Shown piece by piece: positions 38,742-47,996 of a stretch of 48,113 nucleotides of DNA; the first letter of the stretch is position 1, and every line of letters starts with the position of its first letter. Below the pieces are notes generated by a model. That model did no database searches. It saw nothing but the letters and a program-made list of their open reading frames with translations, and was not told the origin of the DNA. The position numbers and the translations under genes are program-made. Origin of the DNA: an uncultured Bacilli bacterium (lineage in GTDB: Bacteria > Bacillota_I > Bacilli_A > RF39 > UBA660); NCBI GenBank assembly GCA_947632715.1, contig CANRQF010000002.1, positions 1 through 48,113 of the forward strand, given 5' to 3'.

Positions 38742-38900
38742 AGTAGTATATTATTTTTAAAAATACTCTTTAAAAATTGATGTTAGTTTGATATATTAAC
38801 ATAGTCCGCTGCTAAAAATGTCGAATTTTGAATGACGAATTTTATTGCACGAATATCCACTATATGAAATAATAAGTGTGAAGAAAAGAGGTGGGTAGTA

Positions 38901-39113
38901 ATGCATGGAAAAGTAAAGTGGTTTAACAATGATAAGGGATACGGCTTTATTGAATATGAAAATTTAGATGATATTTTTGTTCATTATTCAGCAATAGTAA
39001 AAGAAGGTTATAAAACTTTAAACGAAGGAGCCCTTGTAAATTTTAAGCTAATTGAGACATCAAAAGGATTACAAGCAGTAGACGTTGTAGAAGAACAAAC
39101 AACTACAGTATAA
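38901..39113 (+). CDS. cold-shock protein (CspA family)
   Basis: GKVKWFNNDKGYGFI (RNP1) and IFVHYSAI (RNP2), 70 aa, with a GAGGTGG RBS. Confidence 0.95.
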   Translation: MHGKVKWFNNDKGYGFIEYENLDDIFVHYSAIVKEGYKTLNEGALVNFKLIETSKGLQAVDVVEEQTTTV

Positions 39114-39139
39114 TTTTTAAAAGCAGTAAAGTTAATGAT

Positions 39140-39175
39140 CCCAAAATCTGGCAGTATATGGATTTTGGGTTTTTT
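39140..39175 (+). terminator. rho-independent terminator after csp
   Basis: 9-bp stem CCCAAAATC (39140-39148) / GATTTTGGG (39161-39169), then T6. Confidence 0.75.
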
Positions 39176-39233
39176 ATTGTAATAATTGTTTAGTTTATTA
39201 ATTATTTATGTTATAATTTAGTTAGGAGATGAT

Positions 39234-39770
39234 ATGATGAAATATAATATTAGGGGAGACAAACTAGAGGTTACTAAATCTATAAAAGATTATATTGAAG
39301 ATAAGCTTAATAGATTAAACAAATATTATGATAATTATAATGATTTAGAATGCAAAGTTTTAATAAGAAGTAAAAATAATTTACAAACGATTGAAGTAAC
39401 AATTCCATTAAATAAATTAATTTTAAGAGCTGAAGTATCAGAAAAAGATTTATATGCAGCGATAGATTTAGTTGTTGATAAACTAGAAGGACAAATAAGA
39501 AAAAATAAGACTAGATTAAAAAAGAGATTAGAAAAATTACCAGAACCAGATATGATGTTAGACTTCGATGAAGACGAAGATGATGAAGATACAAATGAAA
39601 TAGTAAAAAGAAAAGATATTGATACGAAGCCAATGGATGAAGAAGAAGCTATTTTACAAATGAATTTATTGAATCATGATTTCTTTGTTTTTAAAAATGT
39701 TGATGAAGAATGTGTTTCAGTTATTTATAAACGAAATGATAATAAATATGGTATTATCAATGTAAAATAA
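39234..39770 (+). CDS. hpf: ribosome hibernation promoting factor (long HPF)
   Basis: N-terminal MKYNIRGDKLEVTKSIKDYIEDKL, an acidic linker, and the C-terminal dimerisation domain KPMDEEEAILQMNLLNHDFFVFKN. The hpf-secA neighbourhood is as in Bacillus. Confidence 0.9.
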   Translation: MMKYNIRGDKLEVTKSIKDYIEDKLNRLNKYYDNYNDLECKVLIRSKNNLQTIEVTIPLNKLILRAEVSEKDLYAAIDLVVDKLEGQIRKNKTRLKKRLEKLPEPDMMLDFDEDEDDEDTNEIVKRKDIDTKPMDEEEAILQMNLLNHDFFVFKNVDEECVSVIYKRNDNKYGIINVK

Positions 39771-39813
39771 GAGGTTATCCTCTTATTTTATTTAAGAAGA
39801 AAAAGAGGTTATA

Positions 39814-40518
39814 ATGAAGTTAAGATTTTTAGGAACAGGAAGTATAAGTAATCCATCATTTAGTGCTTCCTACTTGATTGATGATAAAATAATTGTGGAT
39901 ATGCCTGGTGGTAATTATAAAAATATGATTAGAGAACATATAGATTTTACTAAAATAAATCATATCTTATTTACACACTTTCATGGTGATCACTTTTTAG
40001 ATATTCCTTTCTTTTTGTTAGAAAAATTAAAGTTAAAAGATAGAAAAGTAACTAATTTATATACATTTAAAAAAGGAAAAGAAACTATAAAAGAAATAAA
40101 TAAATTAGCTTTTATTAATGATTATAAAGAATTTAATATTAGATATAATATCTTAGATGATTTTAAAGTAGATAGATATGATGTTAAAAGAATTTATGTA
40201 AATCATGGTAGTATTAAAGCATGTGGCTATATTTTTAGTGATGGTAATTTAAATATTGGTTTTACGGGTGATGCTTCTTTAGATGAAAATATCGAAAATA
40301 TGGCATCAGTATGTAATTATTTAATATGTGATTGTAGTTTAGAGTGCGGAACTAATAAACATATGGGAATAGATAATATATTATATCTTATTAATAAGTA
40401 TCCTAATTGTCATATAATACCTAGTCATATGTTTGTCGAAACGAAAGAAAAATTAGAAAAATTAAATAATTCAAAAATATTAATACCATATGATGGAATG
40501 GAGATAGAATTGTCTTAA
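39814..40518 (+). CDS. MBL-fold metallo-hydrolase
   Basis: HxHxDH motif (FTHFHGDHF), a downstream GD...H pattern, 234 aa. Confidence 0.75.
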   Translation: MKLRFLGTGSISNPSFSASYLIDDKIIVDMPGGNYKNMIREHIDFTKINHILFTHFHGDHFLDIPFFLLEKLKLKDRKVTNLYTFKKGKETIKEINKLAFINDYKEFNIRYNILDDFKVDRYDVKRIYVNHGSIKACGYIFSDGNLNIGFTGDASLDENIENMASVCNYLICDCSLECGTNKHMGIDNILYLINKYPNCHIIPSHMFVETKEKLEKLNNSKILIPYDGMEIELS

Positions 40519-40600
40519 AAAAACTATTATTTTAGTTTTTTTTATTGGTTTTATTTTGAATAAAGTTGCTCTTATGTTATAATATTGGTTGAGGTGGATT

Positions 40601-43087
40601 ATGAGCTTATTTAAAAAATTATTAAATAGTGAATATAAAGAATTAAAAAGATTTGAAAAAATAGCAGATCAAATAGTTGCATTAGATGAGGATATGCAAA
40701 AATTAAAAGATGAAGATTTTATTAAGAAAACAGAAGAGTTTAAAGAAAGACTAAAAAATGGTGAAACTTTAGATGATATTTTAGTTGAAGCTTTTGCTTT
40801 AGCTCGAGAAGCTACAAGTAGAACTATTGGTGAAAAAGCTTATTATGTTCAACTTTTAGGTGGTCTTGCTATTCATTATGGTAATATTGCTGAAATGAAA
40901 ACTGGTGAAGGTAAAACTTTAACTACGGTTCTTCCTGCTTATGTTAATGCTTTAACTGGTGAAGGTGTCCATGTAGTAACTACTAATGAATACTTATCTA
41001 CACGTAATGCGGAATGGATGAAACCTGCTTATGATTTACTAGGAGTATCTGTTGGCGTTAATTTAAGAGAAATGTCTCCAAAAGAAAAACAAGATGCATA
41101 TAACTGTGATATTTTATATTCAACAAATAACGAAGTTGGCTTTGATTATTTAAGAGATAATATGGTAGTAAGAAAAGAAGATAGAGTTCAAAGACCTCTT
41201 AATTATTGTATTATCGATGAAGTTGATTCAATTTTAATTGATGAAGCTAGAACTCCACTTATTATAAGTGGTGGTAAAATGAACTCTAGAAGTTTGTATA
41301 TTGATGCTGATAGAGCAGTTAAAAAGTTAAAAGAAAATGAAGATTATGATATTGATGTAAAAACAAAGAATGTATCACTTACTGCTGAGGGTAGTAAAAA
41401 GATTGAACAAATATTCAATTTGAAAAATTTATATGATTTAGATAATACAGCATTAGTTCATCATTTAAATCAAGCCCTAAAAGCTAATTATGGATTTAAG
41501 AAAGATGTAGATTATGTTGTTCAAGATGATGAAGTAATAATTGTTGACCAATTTACTGGTAGATTAATGCATGGAAGACAATTTAGTGAAGGATTACATC
41601 AAGCCATTGAGGCAAAAGAAAATGTTACTATTAATGAAGAAACAAAAACAATGGCAACAATAACATTTCAAAATTTATTTAGAATGTATAAGAAATTATC
41701 TGGTATGACAGGTACTGCTAAAACTGAAGAAGAAGAATTTAGAAATATTTATAATATGTATGTTATTGAAATACCTACTAATAAAGAAGTAATTAGAGAA
41801 GATTATGCTGATTTAGTGTATGCAACTAGTAAAGGTAAATATAATGCAATTATAAAATATGTTACAGAAATACATAAAACAGGTGAACCAATCCTTATTG
41901 GTACTATTTCTGTTGAAGCAAATGAATATTTAAGTGGACTACTTAAAAAAGCTGGCTTAAAACATGAAGTATTAAATGCTAAAAATCATGAAAGAGAAGC
42001 CGAAATAATTGCTAAAGCTGGTGAAGTTGGAGCTATTACATTAGCTACAAACATGGCTGGTCGTGGAACTGATATTAAACTTGGAGAAGGCGTTAAAGAA
42101 CTTGGTGGTCTTTGTGTAATTGGTACAGAAAGACATGAATCAAGACGTATCGATAACCAATTAAGAGGTCGTGCTGGTCGTCAAGGAGATCCAGGTAAAA
42201 GTCAATTCTTTGTTTCTTTTGAAGATGATTTAATGAAAAGATTTGGAACTGATAGTATTAAAAATATGCTTACTAAATTAGGTATAGATGAATCACAAGC
42301 TATTCGTTCTAAAGCATTAACTAATGCTATTGAAAGTGCCCAAAAGAAAGTTGAAGGAAATAACTACGATATAAGAAAAACATTACTTGATTATGATAAT
42401 GTTTTAAATGAACAAAGAGAAATTATTTATAATAGAAGAAATGAAATATTAGACCAAGATAGTATTCATGAAAGTATTTTAGGTATATTTAAAAGTACAA
42501 TAACTAATTTAGTTGAAAGTCATTATTCTAAAGAAGGTAAAATAGATGATGATGATAAAAAAGAATTAGTAGAATATGTAAATGCTAATTATTTACAAGA
42601 TAATGAATTAAAATTTAATGATGTTAAAGATTTAGATGATGAAGAATTAAGAGATTATCTATATAATTTAGTTATTGAAGATTATGAAAAGAAAATGGTT
42701 GATACACCAATTATGAATGAATTTGAAAAAGCTATTTCCCTAAGAATAATTGATTCTAACTGGGTAGATCATATGAGTGCAATGGAACATTTAAAAGAAG
42801 GTATTGGTTTAAGAGGATATGCTCAAAGTAATCCAATTCAAGCTTATACAATGGAAGGCTTCGAAATATTTGATAATCTACTTATTAAGATTGAAGAATT
42901 AACTGCTCAATTTCTTTTAAAGGCAGAAGTAAGACAAAATACAGAAAGAAAACAAACTTTAAATGGTGTTGCTAATGATGGTAAAGAAACAGTTAAAAGT
43001 ACACCAAAGAGAGTAACTAAAGTTGGTAGAAATGATCCATGTCCATGTGGTTCGGGTAAAAAGTATAAGAACTGTTGCGGAAAATGA
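40601..43087 (+). CDS. secA: preprotein translocase ATPase SecA
   Basis: MKTGEGKTL (Walker A), IIDEVDSILIDEARTPLIISG, TNMAGRGTDI, and a C-terminal SEC-C zinc tail DPCPCGSGKKYKNCCGK. The ATG at 40601 after GAGGTGG is preferred to the TTG at 40589. Confidence 0.97.
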   Translation: MSLFKKLLNSEYKELKRFEKIADQIVALDEDMQKLKDEDFIKKTEEFKERLKNGETLDDILVEAFALAREATSRTIGEKAYYVQLLGGLAIHYGNIAEMKTGEGKTLTTVLPAYVNALTGEGVHVVTTNEYLSTRNAEWMKPAYDLLGVSVGVNLREMSPKEKQDAYNCDILYSTNNEVGFDYLRDNMVVRKEDRVQRPLNYCIIDEVDSILIDEARTPLIISGGKMNSRSLYIDADRAVKKLKENEDYDIDVKTKNVSLTAEGSKKIEQIFNLKNLYDLDNTALVHHLNQALKANYGFKKDVDYVVQDDEVIIVDQFTGRLMHGRQFSEGLHQAIEAKENVTINEETKTMATITFQNLFRMYKKLSGMTGTAKTEEEEFRNIYNMYVIEIPTNKEVIREDYADLVYATSKGKYNAIIKYVTEIHKTGEPILIGTISVEANEYLSGLLKKAGLKHEVLNAKNHEREAEIIAKAGEVGAITLATNMAGRGTDIKLGEGVKELGGLCVIGTERHESRRIDNQLRGRAGRQGDPGKSQFFVSFEDDLMKRFGTDSIKNMLTKLGIDESQAIRSKALTNAIESAQKKVEGNNYDIRKTLLDYDNVLNEQREIIYNRRNEILDQDSIHESILGIFKSTITNLVESHYSKEGKIDDDDKKELVEYVNANYLQDNELKFNDVKDLDDEELRDYLYNLVIEDYEKKMVDTPIMNEFEKAISLRIIDSNWVDHMSAMEHLKEGIGLRGYAQSNPIQAYTMEGFEIFDNLLIKIEELTAQFLLKAEVRQNTERKQTLNGVANDGKETVKSTPKRVTKVGRNDPCPCGSGKKYKNCCGK

Positions 43088-43247
43088 GGTAAATAAAGGG
43101 TTTTAGAAAATTTTAAATAATAAAAAATTTAATCTAATTCAAATTTTGTCCACAAAAAAATTCAAAAAGTGATAAAAGGCTACGTAAAATAAAGGATGTC
43201 GCAATATTAAAATGGTTGACATCTTTTAAATTTAAGGAGGTGTATAA

Positions 43248-44249
43248 ATGAAGAACAATGATGATTCTAATAATATCATTATTTATCAATCAGAAGATGG
43301 AGAAACTAAAATTGATGTAAAATTGGAAAACGAAACCGTTTGGCTAAATCAAGAACAATTAGTTAAATTATATAATTCAAGTAAATCTAATATATCTGAA
43401 CACATTAAACATGTATTTGAAGATGGAGAATTAGAAGAAAATTCAGTTGTTCGGAAATTTCGAACAACTGCAAATGATGGTAAAAGTTATAATGTAAATT
43501 ATTATAATCTTGATATGATTGTTGCAATTGGCTTTCGTGTTCGCTCAAATATAGGAACAAATTTTAGAAAATGGGCTACCGAAAGATTAAAAGAATACAT
43601 GATTAAAGGATTCACATTAGATGATGAACGTCTTAAAGGCAATGCTGGTGGTAATTACTGGAAGGAATTATTAGCGAGAATAAAGGATATCAGATCTTCA
43701 GAAAAAGTTCTCTACCGCCAAGTTTTAGATTTATATGCTACTGCAGTTGATTATAATCCAAAGGATGAAAAATCTATTGAGTTTTTTAAAATTGTACAAA
43801 ATAAACTTCATTTTGCAACTCATGGCCATACTGCTTCAGAATTAATTTATGAAAGAGCTGATTCAGAAAAACCATTTATGGGACTTACAACCTTTAATGG
43901 TGAAATACCAGTTATGAGTGATGTAGTCATTGCTAAAAATTATTTAACAGAAGAGGAATTAAAAATTTTAAATAATTTAGTATCAGGATATTTTGATTTT
44001 GCTGAAATTCAAGCAATTAGGCATAAACCAATGTATATGGAAGATTATATAAGAGAGCTTGATTCCATTTTATCCACTACAGGAGGAAATACATTAATTG
44101 GTGCAGGTACTATAAGTCACGATGAGGCAATAAAAAAAGCAAAAAGTGAATATAGAAAATATCAAGTAAAAGAAATTAGCCCTGTGGAAAAAGCATATTT
44201 AGAAACATTAAAAGACATTAGTAAAAAAATTGATGATAAAGAGAGTTAA
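43248..44249 (+). CDS. rhuM: RhuM-family protein
   Basis: IIIYQSEDGETKIDVKLENETVWLNQEQLVKLY...NISEHIKHVFEDGEL...VVRKFRTTANDGKSYNVNYYNLDMIVAIGFRVRS is the characteristic RhuM N-terminal region. Confidence 0.85.
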   Translation: MKNNDDSNNIIIYQSEDGETKIDVKLENETVWLNQEQLVKLYNSSKSNISEHIKHVFEDGELEENSVVRKFRTTANDGKSYNVNYYNLDMIVAIGFRVRSNIGTNFRKWATERLKEYMIKGFTLDDERLKGNAGGNYWKELLARIKDIRSSEKVLYRQVLDLYATAVDYNPKDEKSIEFFKIVQNKLHFATHGHTASELIYERADSEKPFMGLTTFNGEIPVMSDVVIAKNYLTEEELKILNNLVSGYFDFAEIQAIRHKPMYMEDYIRELDSILSTTGGNTLIGAGTISHDEAIKKAKSEYRKYQVKEISPVEKAYLETLKDISKKIDDKES

Positions 44250-44427
44250 CAAAATAATTTTGCTAACCTTTTTTTATTTAAAAATAATAATGATTAAAGA
44301 GAAATAAAAGTGGATAAAATGATCATTATTGCTTTAAAGCTTAAAAAATAATGACGGATATGTAGAAATGTTGTCAACGGGAATATTTTTATGATATTAT
44401 TTTTAATAAAAGGAGAAACTTTTGTAA

Positions 44428-45462
44428 ATGAAAATAGAAAATATAAAACAAAAAGATTATGTTATAAAAGATTTTATGAATATAAATGATTTTTTTGAAA
44501 AATTAGCATCTAATTTTGGATTAGGTAAAATAATAAATAAGCCATCTAGAGTAAGTGGGGGTTTAACTCATAAAATGTATAAATTAACAACTGATAAATC
44601 TAAATATATAATAAAATTACTAAACCCAAATATAATGAAAAGGCCATCAGCATTAGAAAATTTTGAGAATGCCGATAAATATGAAGAAATATTAAAAGAA
44701 AATAATATTGATGCAATCTATTCTTTAAAATTTAATGGTAAAAAGCTACAAATACAAGACAATCAATATTTTTATGTCTATGATTGGTATGACGGAAAAT
44801 CTCTTAAGGATTGTGAAATAAAAAAAGAAAATTGTGAAAAAATAGGAAGAGTATTATCAGAAATTCATAACATTACTTTAAAAGAAGATACTTGGAAAGA
44901 AAAATCAAAAAATATTAATTGGGAATATTATATTAATTTAGCTAAAGATAAAAAATCACCAATTTACGATATGTTATTTGATAAGATAGATATATTAAAT
45001 GATAGTATGAATAAAGGAAATGAAGTAGTAGATAAGTTACCTAATTATATTGCAGTTTGTCATAATGATTTAGATAGTAAAAATGTTCTGTGGTTGAATG
45101 ATAATTTTAAAATCATTGATTTAGAATGTTTAGGATATTCTAATCCATATTTAGAGTTATTTACACTAGCCCTATGTTGGTCAGGTTATGAATCATGTAA
45201 TGTTAATTTTGAATTATTCAAAGCATTCATTAATAGTTATTTTGAAAATTCAAAATTGAGCAAAAATGTTAATTGGGAAGCTTTATATTATGCTAATAAT
45301 AGTAGATTAGAATGGCTAGAATATAATATAAAAAGATCTTTAATGTTAGAAACAGATTCAGAGGAAGAACAAAAATTAGGTATTAATGAAGTTAAAGAAA
45401 CAATGGATCATATTATTTATTATTACTCATTAAAAGATGAAATACTTAAAAATTGTAAATAA
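44428..45462 (+). CDS. aminoglycoside-phosphotransferase-fold kinase (APH/choline-kinase family)
   Basis: An N-lobe lysine context (YIIKLL), the catalytic loop VCHNDLDSKNVLW (Brenner HxDxxxxN) and the metal-binding IIDLE. The substrate cannot be inferred. Confidence 0.7.
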   Translation: MKIENIKQKDYVIKDFMNINDFFEKLASNFGLGKIINKPSRVSGGLTHKMYKLTTDKSKYIIKLLNPNIMKRPSALENFENADKYEEILKENNIDAIYSLKFNGKKLQIQDNQYFYVYDWYDGKSLKDCEIKKENCEKIGRVLSEIHNITLKEDTWKEKSKNINWEYYINLAKDKKSPIYDMLFDKIDILNDSMNKGNEVVDKLPNYIAVCHNDLDSKNVLWLNDNFKIIDLECLGYSNPYLELFTLALCWSGYESCNVNFELFKAFINSYFENSKLSKNVNWEALYYANNSRLEWLEYNIKRSLMLETDSEEEQKLGINEVKETMDHIIYYYSLKDEILKNCK

Positions 45463-45667
45463 TTAAAAGTTGATGTAAATTATAAATAATAAACGAATAT
45501 TGAAAATAAAGATAAAATATCAATATTTGATATCTTGGCGATATATAATTATATTAAGATAATATATTAAAATATCTAAGGATATGTTTAAAATCTTTGT
45601 ATTAAAAGTAACTTATTTATGATGTACAATTTCAAAGTAAAAGAAATTTGATAGGAGATATAACATT

Positions 45668-46111
45668 ATGAAATATATTAATAAAAAAAATCCTAAAATA
45701 ATATATAAAAAGCGTCCAGGTGCTTATGCAATTATTATTAGAAAAGAAGATAATAAAATAGGTATTGTGACCGATGGCAATGATTATTTTTATTTAGGCG
45801 GAGGTATAGAAGAGCCTGAAACAGCATTAGATGCATTAAAAAGAGAATTAATTGAAGAATCTGGTTATTCGTTAAAAAATATTAGAGAATTTGCCAATGT
45901 TGATTCTTATATATATGATGAGAAACACGGCTATCTTGAAGTAATTGCTAATGTATACATAGGGGAATTTGATAAAAAAATAACTAATCCAATAGAAAAA
46001 GATCATGTTGTATTATGGGTTAATGCTCAAGAATATATAGGAAAAATGTGTAGAGAATGGCAAGAATATATATTAAATGAATTTATCAATCATTTTGATA
46101 GATTTATATAG
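45668..46111 (+). CDS. Nudix hydrolase
   Basis: A complete Nudix box, GGGIEEPETALDALKRELIEESGY, fitting Gx5Ex7REUxEExGU. Confidence 0.8.
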   Translation: MKYINKKNPKIIYKKRPGAYAIIIRKEDNKIGIVTDGNDYFYLGGGIEEPETALDALKRELIEESGYSLKNIREFANVDSYIYDEKHGYLEVIANVYIGEFDKKITNPIEKDHVVLWVNAQEYIGKMCREWQEYILNEFINHFDRFI

Positions 46112-46369
46112 TGAATAGTAATAGTAAAATTTTATTTGAAACTAATATGAAATAATATTATTGAAAAATAAAATTGCGAGCAAATGATAACAATGTTCTC
46201 AATTGTGAAATATTTATTTTAAAGATAGTACTATAAATAATATATGAGAGCATGTGGATATAATCTTTATGATTTGTTTCCAGAAATTAAAGAAAATTTA
46301 TAGATAATATATATAAGTAATGTTATACTTAAATTAGTGGGTTAAACATTTTTAATTGAGGTGATGTAA

Positions 46370-47542
46370 TTGAAAAGACTTTTACAGATTAGTTTAGATA
46401 CCTTATTGACTTCTATATTACCGATAATTATGTGGATAATTTTAGGATTTACTTTAACCAAAGAAATATCAAATGTCTTTTCTCTTACTTACCCTTTACA
46501 ATTTTTTTATATGATATTTGTTAATTTATTCGCAATAGGACCTAACATTACTGCAAAGAAAAAAAATAATAAAGATGTTGTTTATTCTAATATGTTATTT
46601 GGATTATTAATTGTTGGACTATTAACTTTAATATTAGTTATTAATGTGAATACATATATCAAAATAATGAATATGAATGTAAATACATATCATCATTTTT
46701 GTATTTACTCAATTATTTGGATGTATTTAAGCTTCGTTATGCAAATGATTATGCAAAAGCTTTATTATGATAATAAAAATAATGAATCCAATAAAATAAA
46801 TATAATATTTAATTTAACTAACTTTATTTTAATAATTATACTTACATGTATTTTAAAGGATTATATTGCAATTATTGTAACTTTAGTAATAGATTTTTTA
46901 ATAGTACTCACTGTATTTATAAAATATTATAAAAAAACTAGATTTTGCTTACAAATTAAAGAAAATATTAAATATACATCATTTAATATTTTAAGAAATT
47001 TAGGTATGTTTTTAATTTATGGAATAGGATTTGGCAATAGTTTCTCTTATGGTGAAAAATATGCAACAGCAATAAACTTTGAAAGTTTAACAACTGATAC
47101 CCAATGGGATATGTTATATTCAGTTGATACAGCATCAAAAATAGATTTAGCTGAAAACAAATTTAATTATAAAGAATCACGGAAAAATGCATATAAGTTA
47201 TTATCGATATTAATTTCTACAATTTTAATTATGAATTTAACGCTTTATTGGTATTTTAAACCAGATTTAATTGTTTTAGAAATATTATTAGCAGTTCAAA
47301 TAATAGATATGTTAATAGATCCATTAAAGACTTTAAGAATGAGTTATATACAAATAAATGATAATAATAAAAAGCATAATATATTTTACCTACTATCAAG
47401 ACTAATTCGTTTACTATGTTCCTTTATACCAAGTGCATTTTGTACATATATTGGTCAAGCAATATCTGCAATATATTTATATGTTTATTCGTTGGTTGCA
47501 TGTAGAAATGTAAAAATTTTTAAATCGAGTAATAGTAATTAA
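46370..47542 (+). CDS. hypothetical polytopic membrane protein
   Basis: TTG start after GAGGTG. About 10 hydrophobic segments and no motif recognised. A remote flippase-like topology is possible but unsupported. Confidence 0.5.
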   Translation: MKRLLQISLDTLLTSILPIIMWIILGFTLTKEISNVFSLTYPLQFFYMIFVNLFAIGPNITAKKKNNKDVVYSNMLFGLLIVGLLTLILVINVNTYIKIMNMNVNTYHHFCIYSIIWMYLSFVMQMIMQKLYYDNKNNESNKINIIFNLTNFILIIILTCILKDYIAIIVTLVIDFLIVLTVFIKYYKKTRFCLQIKENIKYTSFNILRNLGMFLIYGIGFGNSFSYGEKYATAINFESLTTDTQWDMLYSVDTASKIDLAENKFNYKESRKNAYKLLSILISTILIMNLTLYWYFKPDLIVLEILLAVQIIDMLIDPLKTLRMSYIQINDNNKKHNIFYLLSRLIRLLCSFIPSAFCTYIGQAISAIYLYVYSLVACRNVKIFKSSNSN

Positions 47543-47682
47543 CTAAATAATATAGTACACTAAAATTAGTAAACGGATGCAAACAATGTTTGCAAATTGT
47601 TTGCAGATGAGAAAATATTTATAGTAACAATAATACCATAAATATTATAAATATCAATGTTCACAAACCTATAATTACTTGA

Positions 47683-47781
47683 AATAACGATAATACTATA
47701 AATTACATAAATACTATATATACTCGTTATTATATAACTTGTGGAAGTGGTAAAAAGTATAAAAATTGCTGTGGAAAGTAG
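47683..47781 (+). pseudogene. start-less relic encoding a SEC-C zinc-tail motif (…TCGSGKKYKNCCGK-stop)
   Basis: The open frame runs from the stop at 47680-47682 to TAG at 47779-47781 and contains no ATG, GTG or TTG. Its last 13 codons (47740-47778) are identical in amino acids to the secA tail, but 9 of 39 nt differ and all differences are synonymous. The first Cys of the CxC pair is missing. Confidence 0.5.
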
Positions 47782-47996
47782 GCTTGAATCCCTTATAAAA
47801 TAAGGAAATAGCGAGTTTTTTGCTCTATTATTGATAAAATAATACTATTTGTATAAGAAAAAAATAAAAATAGTCTGTTATATTGTTGAAAATTAATAAA
47901 TAGTCACTTGAAAAAACATGAGTTAGCGTTGTATACTTAAATAGTAGTTGTACAAAATAAATGATTTAAATTATTTTAAATAGAGGGGGAAAATAA

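Larger units (their letters stand above)
43088..47739. mobile_element. putative accessory segment between the secA stop and a second SEC-C tail relic
   Basis: It contains only accessory-type genes (RhuM, APH-fold kinase, Nudix, orphan membrane protein) and is bounded by two copies of the CGSGKKYKNCCGK-stop coding motif. No integrase or transposase is visible, so this is an inference only. Confidence 0.3.

Noticed and set aside
40589-40600. Upstream alternative starts offered by the ORF track: secA TTG 40589, spoVG GTG 28921, divIC TTG 30489, rsmA ATG 26228.
   Set aside because: Downstream ATG or TTG codons have better-placed Shine-Dalgarno sequences. They also give N-termini matching the conserved family starts (MSLFKKLL for SecA, MEITNVR for SpoVG).
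43085-43087. Mollicutes-type code (TGA read as Trp), considered because of the extreme AT content and the minimal SRP RNA.
   Set aside because: TGA terminates well-defined genes at the expected protein ends, including secA at 43085-43087 and yabG at 28643-28645. No conserved protein needs an in-frame TGA read-through.
46244-46303. 19-codon ORF MRACGYNLYDLFPEIKENL in the Nudix-to-membrane-protein spacer.
   Set aside because: It has no ribosome-binding site and no recognisable family. It could be a gene fragment, but there is nothing to support that.
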